From Octopus sinensis (taxonomy: Eukaryota), in contig NW_021830034.1 in the NCBI RefSeq assembly GCF_006345805.1, positions 1 to 5,487 of the forward strand: a stretch of 5,487 nucleotides of DNA, written 5' to 3'. Made by a program: the position numbers and the translations under genes. Under the pieces are notes generated by a model. It saw only the letters and a program-made list of their open reading frames with translations, had not been told where the DNA came from and made no database searches. The stretch's first letter is position 1; each line of letters opens with the position of its first letter. Below, piece by piece: positions 1-5,382 of the stretch.

Positions 1-111
1 ATTCCACTGAAGTCGATCTTACTTTTCACTCTTCTCAAGTCGTTTATATAAGTACTCGAATCGATAGAAACGCTTATATAAGTCCCACAAAATATATAGC
101 TTTGTAATTAT
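1..111 (+). other. Candidate non-coding (5' UTR-type) exon ending at a GTAAGT splice donor
   Basis: TAT|GTAAGT with GT at 112-113 is a perfect +1..+6 donor consensus. There is no ATG inside 1-111. It pairs plausibly with the strong acceptor at 401-402 (291-nt intron). The 5' boundary cannot be determined. Confidence 0.4.
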
Positions 112-139
112 GTAAGTCATAAATAACTGTGATCCTCCA

Positions 140-154
140 TGACGTCACTGACGT
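140..154. promoter_or_regulatory. Full CRE palindrome TGACGTCA (140-147) plus adjacent TGACG half-site (149-153); CREB/ATF-type bZIP site
   Basis: Sequence reads TGACGTCACTGACGT. It lies in a CpG-richer zone (about 29 CpG in 1-725 by manual count, versus about 5 in 2450-3100). Function is inferred from the motif only. Confidence 0.5.
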
Positions 155-293
155 TCTCCTAATTAAAGATGTAATTTCAGAGCGAATTGATATTTTACCT
201 TCCAATTGCCCTACAGATAGCTAGTTGAGGCGTTATGGTGTTTTGATAAATTCGCAACGTCTTTACCATTTCGAAGTTATTCATCTGAGTGAT

Positions 294-326
294 CACTTTA
301 AAATCCACACTTTAAAATCCACACTT
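294..326. repeat. 14-bp tandem duplication (CACTTTAAAATCCA)x2 + CACTT
   Basis: Exact copies at 294-307 and 308-321, then a partial copy at 322-326. Confidence 0.95.
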
Positions 327-402
327 GATCTTTTTGTCACCTTCTCCCCCTCTCTCTATTTCTCTCCCTATCTTCGCTCGTTTGCTCTATCTTTTCTCTC
401 AG

Positions 403-454
403 GTGACGGGGAAGCCTCGGAAACGTCAGATTCTTCTTCTCCTCACCGATGCAG
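403..454 (+). other. Candidate 52-nt internal exon, possibly carrying a start codon (ATG CAG| at 449-454)
   Basis: Preceded by a ~75-nt polypyrimidine tract (about 327-400) ending TTTTCTCTCAG (AG 401-402) and followed by CAG|GTAACC (GT 455-456). Purine-rich, higher-GC island. The product is not recognised. Confidence 0.65.
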
Positions 455-837
455 GTAACCACCAGTTTAGTTTCCAGAGACTCAGTTTCATTATTTATTA
501 TTTTTTTTTTGCCCGTCGAGACGGTTCTCTCTTCTTATTTCACTTCCCCAATGCGTACATCGCAGTTTTACTAAAATAATCGCTGGGAGAATATTCACAT
601 CTTATTGACAATTTTCACTATCGGGGAAGAGAATGGGAATTGAGGATTACATTAAATAATGAAGGGACCGAGATCAACATTTTTAACGTTTGACCTTGGG
701 CTTAATATAAAATCGCCTGTCTCACGTAGATACACACACTCACAAACATAAATAATTCAATAAATAAATAAATACAAACATGTAATATGTGAGTGAGATG
801 TCGCGTGTGTGTATGCTAGTGTTATAAGTGTGAAAAT

Positions 838-883
838 GTATACATATATATATATATATATAATATATATATATATTGTGTGT
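838..883. repeat. (TA)n microsatellite running into short (TG)n
   Basis: Direct dinucleotide repeat with minor interruptions. Confidence 0.95.
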
Positions 884-1039
884 GTATCTCTATAAGTTTA
901 AGTATCAAGTATAAACCAGATTATCGGATGTTGTTATATGTATGTATGCATGCATCCTTCTAGGAGAAGGTAACTCAGATAACTGGGATAACTCTGACAT
1001 AAAATCTGCGGCTCAGTGGTTACCGATGATGTTGACTTC

Positions 1040-1296
1040 TTTTCGGATTATGGCTGCTGTTGCTTAGTGAGTGGGATTGACTCAGTGCACAGCTTTTCCT
1101 CACTTTAAAAAGAATATTCTTACACAGGCATTGCACGATAACAACATTGTTGATGATTGTTGATAGTGCTGTGAGTCTCAACTGAATGTCTAAATGTAGC
1201 CTTAAAAAGCGAATAAAGTCACATTCGATCACAGCACCAATAACAGTTAAGCCTCGTGCAAATGGCCATACTCGATAACGAGGGGGCAGCCATCAT
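1040..1296 (+). mobile_element. Degenerate 3' end of a non-LTR retrotransposon (probably RTE-type) with a decayed zinc-finger remnant
   Basis: 3' UTR 1263-1296 TGGCCATACTCGATAACGAGGGGGCAGCCATCAT aligns with 2110-2146 of the second copy and is followed by a (TATG)n tail. Upstream frames give C**CCESQL (1158-1184) and, after a -1 shift, CLNVALKSE*SHIRSQHQ* (1187-1243), resembling GLKNHIRCH of the intact copy. The 5' boundary is uncertain. Confidence 0.5.
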
Positions 1297-1343
1297 GTAT
1301 GTATGTATGTAGGTAGGTAGGTAGGTAGGTAGGTAGGTAGGTA
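1295..1343. repeat. Compound (ATGT)n then (TAGG)n microsatellite
   Basis: Direct tetranucleotide repeats switching from TATG to TAGG at about 1310. Confidence 0.95.
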
Positions 1344-1624
1344 AAATTAAAGCAGAAATGAAAATGCAACCGTTTTGGCAAGACTTGACAAGGACATTTA
1401 ATTTAGCTATATAATAAAATGGTTACATAGTCTCTCACAGCTGTTTCTAGAATATCCCAGCTATTGAAATCCTCGCTCGGCGCGATGTTCCAGTAGCTGG
1501 GATATTCAAGAAACAAATTGTTAGAGACTATATAAATCTTTTTATTATATATCTAAATTAAATGTCCCTTTCAAGTCTTACCAAAACGTTTGTCTTTTCA
1601 TATATACTTTAATCTATACCTACC
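1336..1624. mobile_element. Fold-back / MITE-like palindromic element (arms ~128 bp, 30-nt spacer)
   Basis: 1358-1419 versus the reverse complement of 1540-1601 match at 55/62. Inner arms 1442-1463 and 1494-1515 match at 21/22. Similarity continues outward to GGTAGGTA (1336-1343) / TACCTACC (1617-1624). TTAA sits symmetrically at 1347-1350 and 1609-1612. Confidence 0.75.
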
Positions 1625-1780
1625 GGCTCAAGGGGAAGCCACGTTTAGCCGCTTTAGAAAGGGAGTCACAAAATCACATGTTCAACTGCAGTCAAAGCCG
1701 AATTTTTGTGGTATACCAATTTGAGCACTCCAGTCTATAACGATTAATTTGAGTCCTGACAAAAGACCCTCGTATCTTTT

Positions 1781-1796
1781 ATGCATGCATGCATGC

Positions 1797-1827
<31 letters not shown>

Positions 1828-1880
1828 TGTATGCATGTATGTATGTATGTATGTATGTATGTATGTATGTATGTATGTAT
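1781..1880. repeat. (ATGC)n then (TATG)n microsatellite
   Basis: Direct tetranucleotide repeats, about 100 bp, with one ATGC interruption. Confidence 0.97.
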
Positions 1881-2099
1881 TCTGCCTGTATGCCTGTGCA
1901 CGCCTTTCAATGCAATGTATGCCAGAACGTCGGCAAATCTAACGGAGGCCTCAAAAGACATTTTAAGATCCACAAAGATCAGCACTTAACCGCAGCTCTT
2001 GGTGATCCAAATGGGATATGCCATCTATGTGGATATCTTTTCAAAAAGTTGTCTGGTTTAAAAAACCACATCAGATGCCACGATGGTTCTAAGGTGTAG
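1785..2099 (+). CDS. Possible chimeric ORF: microsatellite-encoded (CMYV)n N-terminus fused in frame to two C2H2 fingers (104 aa from first ATG); expression unproven
   Basis: Open frame 1749-2099; the first ATG at 1785 lies inside the (ATGC)n repeat. Only 1881-2099 looks like real coding sequence. Confidence 0.2.
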
Positions 2100-2148
2100 G
2101 TACAAGAGTTGGTCAAACTCTGCATAATGAGTAGACAACCACTACTAT
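1881..2148 (+). mobile_element. 5'-truncated LINE 3' end (probably RTE-type ORF2 C-terminus plus 3' UTR) with two intact C2H2 zinc fingers
   Basis: CNVCQNVGKSNGGLKRHFKIH (1911-1973) and CHLCGYLFKKLSGLKNHIRCH (2019-2081) both fit C-x2-C-x12-H-x3-H with a GLxxH motif. The 15-aa linker is not TGEKP-like. Stop at 2097-2099, short 3' UTR shared with 1263-1296, then a microsatellite tail. The clade assignment is from memory of RTE ORF2 C-termini, not from a search. Confidence 0.65.
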
Positions 2149-2268
2149 ACGTATATGTATATATATATATGTATGTATGTATATATATATATATATCCAT
2201 ATACATATACATATATATATATATGTATATATATATACATATATGTATATATATCCATTATATATATA

Positions 2269-2299
<31 letters not shown>

Positions 2300-2300
2300 C

Positions 2301-2332
<32 letters not shown>

Positions 2333-2337
2333 GTATA

Positions 2338-2388
<51 letters not shown>

Positions 2389-2402
2389 GTGTGTGTGTGT
2401 TG
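2146..2402. repeat. Long compound (TA)n / (TATG)n microsatellite ending in (TG)n
   Basis: Direct repeats with recurrent CG, CA and CC interruptions. It explains the IY-repeat ORFs 2109..2447, 2155..2412 and 2177..2419. Confidence 0.97.
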
Positions 2403-2599
2403 TTTTATTTAAGTCATAATAAAATCAGTTTGACATTAATCCGATGAGTTACTCCTATACTTCTTCTGTAGAGTAGAAATTTATTATTCTTAAACAAAAA
2501 TGTTATTGAGGTTGACTTCAAAGTTTCGGCTATTTTTTCTTATTAGCAAACACCATGAAATATCCAATTAATAACGCCTCCCAACCCCACCTTCCAGAT

Positions 2600-3093
2600 A
2601 CAAACGGGGAGGACCTTAAATAATGACAACAACTACAAGTAAAGAAACTATCCAACCAAAACATACCACCTACTTACATTCTTTTGTGAACCTTTAACAA
2701 ATTCCATTACAAAAGTTAACAAAGCCTCTAAGTTTTCAAATGGCTGGATTAAACTTTAAGCCATTGACTTCTACATTGGCGAAGCAAAGGATCAAATCCA
2801 ATAAAACCAAAAGTATCTAAAACTACTGGTACACCATACCCCTTCCTAAATACTTATTCAGAACTACTAGAAAACAATCTCGTGACCTGAAAGGGTCACA
2901 CCTAAAAATACATACCTGATTACAAAGTTCTACATACATATATTCTAAACAATAATATAACTCCAAATTTAATGAAGAAAAATTACTTCAAAACACCCCT
3001 CTATCACAACCCATAGTCTAAAACCTAATTACTACTTCTCTCCACTCAAACCTACATACCCAAAGAAGTTTTAAACTGAACAGAAACCACATA
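2600..3093 (+). mobile_element. Highly decayed LINE ORF2 C-terminal fragment (CR1/L2/Crack-like) with a (CATA)n tail
   Basis: Strong A+C-rich, G-poor strand skew. Interrupted frames give NGEDLK (2603-2620), ...KDQIQ*NQKYLK... and YSELLENNLVT*...YKVLHTYILNN...LYHNP*SKT*LLL (from 2855). These resemble the order of post-RT motifs in CR1/L2-type ORF2 (xNGxxLxxV..YLG; Q.R..K; Y.ELL..L.TL; YNLRS). There are many stops and frameshifts, and the match was judged by eye. Confidence 0.45.
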
Positions 3094-3096
3094 ATG

Positions 3097-3250
3097 CTAT
3101 ACATACATACATACATACATACATACATACATACATACATACATACATACATACATGCATGCATGCATACATACATATATACTTATATATATATATATGT
3201 AAATCTATGCATACATGCATATTTGTATATATGTAAAGCTATACATATAT
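3097..3250. repeat. (CATA)n microsatellite degenerating into (TA)n/(CATG)n
   Basis: Direct tetranucleotide repeat. It explains ORF 3094..3282 (HTYI repeats). Confidence 0.95.
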
Positions 3251-3458
3251 ATTTTATTTTTTCTGAAGTCAAGCACGTATAGTAATAAGCAAATAAACGA
3301 AAATAGACATAGAATGTCAAGTTGAAAAACATAAACTAAATGCACAGACGAACGGAAAACAAATACAGAATGTCACCAACACCTCCTCAGCTATCTGCCA
3401 GGGTGTCGACCGTAATTTCGTGCTATTATCGATAATATTGATTCCACTCTGGAGGCAA

Positions 3459-3478
3459 CCAGCAAGAAAACTTGCTGG
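3459..3478. repeat. Perfect small hairpin CCAGCAAG-AAAA-CTTGCTGG
   Basis: 8-bp perfect inverted repeat with a 4-nt loop. A 14-bp perfect palindrome TATTATCGATAATA lies nearby at 3424-3437. Confidence 0.9.
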
Positions 3479-3535
3479 CAATGCTACCAAAACATATGTA
3501 ACAGTTAAGATTGGTTAGGTACACAATAATATGAA

Positions 3536-3785
3536 ATAAACGAAAACAATCTCTTACCGTTAATGGTGAACTTGTTTCTAGATCGTAGGCGAGAAATTGC
3601 CTAATTTCTTTCGTCAGCACCATATTCGATAGATTTATCAAATGCCACCAGCCTCCACCTCTGACCAGGCGTCATCAGATAGTGGGGGGAAGTGTGCATA
3701 GGGAGGCTGGTGGCATTTGATAAATTTCTCGCCTACGATCTAGAAACATGTTCACCATTAACGGTAAGAGATTGTTTTCGTTTAT
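3536..3785. repeat. Near-perfect inverted duplication: left arm 3536-3656, right arm 3702-3785, 45-nt spacer
   Basis: The right arm (84 nt) equals the reverse complement of the left arm with one substitution (CAAG versus CATG), except that 37 nt (3596-3632) are missing from the right arm at an ATT microhomology. Confidence 0.95.
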
Positions 3786-3913
3786 ATATATATATACACG
3801 GCCAGATATTGCAAGGATAGGTTTCAAGGGCCCACAACTCTTCAGTATTCTCCCCCCCAAAAAAAACAAAGGGACTTGCATAGCGTGGATACAGGTATTT
3901 TCATAAGTGTATA

Positions 3914-4329
3914 TACTCTTTACTCTTTACTCTTTTACTTGTTTCAGTCATTTGACTGCGGCCATGCTGGAGCACCGCCTTTAGTCGAGCAAATCGACCC
4001 CGGAACTTATTCTTTGTAAGCCCAGTACTTATTCTATCGGTGTCTTTTGCCGAACCGCTAAGTGACGGGGACGTAAACACACCAGCATCGGTTGTCAAGC
4101 AATGCTAGGGGACAAACACAGACACACAAACATATACACACACACTTATATATATATACATATATACGACAGGCTTCTTTCAGTTTCCGTCTACCAAATC
4201 CACTCACAAGGCTTTGGTAGGCCCGGGGCTATAGCAGAGACACTTGCCCAAGATGCGCACGCAGTGGGACTGAACCCGGAACCACCATGGTTGGTTAGCA
4301 AGCTACTTTCCACACAGCCACTCAGCTCC
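3914..4329 (-). mobile_element. Apparently full-length tRNA-derived SINE (octopus-type; CORE-like centre, internal TA/TG microsatellite, LINE-like 3' tail)
   Basis: On the - strand: A-box TGGCTGTGTGG (4320-4310), B-box GGTTCAGTCCC (4276-4266), TTGGGCAAGTG CORE-like segment, internal (TA)/(TG) run at about 4115-4166, and 3' part ...AAAGGCGGTGCTCCAGCATGGCCGCAGTC...GAAACAAGTAA followed by (AAGAGTA)3 (3934-3914). The exact family name is not determined. Confidence 0.85.
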
Positions 4330-4344
4330 ATAATAGTATCATCC

Positions 4345-4358
4345 ATATATATATACGT

Positions 4359-4395
<37 letters not shown>

Positions 4396-4396
4396 G

Positions 4397-4444
<48 letters not shown>
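4345..4444. repeat. (TA)n microsatellite
   Basis: About 100 bp of TA repeat with a few interruptions. Confidence 0.97.
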
Positions 4445-5103
4445 GAAGCATTTATGGCATAAGCAAATTAGACACACAAATACATTAAATAATTAAGTAC
4501 ATCAAATACAAAATATGTATCTATGTATAAATTGCAAAACGAGAGAAAAAAACGGTGGAAACTTTCACATGATGAATTATGAATTTATGAAGGAAGCTTA
4601 TCTCCTTGATGAAGGAGGATTATCTCATCCTATGTTAAATGAATCCATCTGGCCGCATTTTGTGACGGGCTAAATCTACCAATGTTATTATGGATCGTTG
4701 AACCCCCAGGAACAGCTGTTGGACTCATAATACTTTTATTCCACCCCTTTAAATTTGTTTGTCATTTGTATTCTGTGTAAGGTTGACCTATTTAAATATA
4801 TATGTATGTATTTATACATATAAATTCACCATTCATCATCTGAAACTTTCCACCTTTTGCTTTCTCTCGTTTTGCATCTATACTTATAATCATATTTTGT
4901 ATTTCATGTACTTGATAAATTCGATGTGTGTAATTAGTTTATCCCAATAATTGCCTCTATACCCGCTCAACCTGATATCCATTAGAGCCTTTCTTTACCT
5001 CGTGGAATGATCCCTCGTAAAGACATAGGAGTCGAAGTTTGAATATCTTGAGCACAACTAAGTGTCTTCTATACAGAGAATATCTCGATCTCTTCCATGA
5101 ACT

Positions 5104-5150
5104 ACACACACACACACACACATGTATATATACGCACACACTCATATATA
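5104..5150. repeat. (CA)n / (TA)n short compound microsatellite
   Basis: Direct dinucleotide repeats. Confidence 0.9.
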
Positions 5151-5382
5151 TTTAGAGAAAATATTTTTAAAATATCAGGACGTATGAGATGAATATATTT
5201 ATTTCACGAGTTGATATCTATAAGATTACGATCGTTTCGCAGCTAGCATCATAGAAAAATAATTTATTTTAGTGTATAATAAATTATTTTTATATGTCTT
5301 CACTAGTGTATGTGTTATATATTGCATAGTAATCTTGTACATTTTACAAGTTAAAACAGATAATTCAAGGTTAACTTTTCAG

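Noticed and set aside
403-412. GTGACGGGGA shared between the candidate exon and the SINE (about 4062-4071)
   Set aside because: Only 10 bp, with no flanking similarity; compatible with chance.
225-579. ORFs 225..458 and 325..579 as complete genes
   Set aside because: They run through a polypyrimidine tract and past a splice donor. Only 403-454 looks exonic, and they rely on non-ATG starts.
728-814. Apparent inverted repeat between CA-rich and TG-rich tracts
   Set aside because: Low-complexity complementarity only, with no extended unique-sequence pairing.
970-996. Three 9-bp-period RTAACT units
   Set aside because: Too short and degenerate; not CRISPR-like, and no function can be supported.
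1911-2081. Member of the Kruppel-type C2H2 transcription-factor expansion
   Set aside because: No TGEKP linker, only two fingers, GLxxH motif, no splice acceptor just upstream, and a retroposon-like 3' UTR and tail follow.
2109-2447. IY/YI-repeat ORFs (also 1789..1989, 1779..1985, 1979..2212, 3094..3282, 4102..4488, 4191..4451)
   Set aside because: They are open only because TA/TATG/CATA microsatellites lack stop codons; no coding signal.
2530-3093. Mitochondrial insertion (NUMT), suggested by the A/C-rich strand skew
   Set aside because: No recognisable mitochondrial protein, rRNA or tRNA motif; the residual peptide motifs fit a decayed LINE ORF2 better.
4255-4329. tRNA gene
   Set aside because: A and B boxes are present, but no full cloverleaf or poly-T terminator is evident, and the sequence continues into SINE body; it is a tRNA-derived SINE head.
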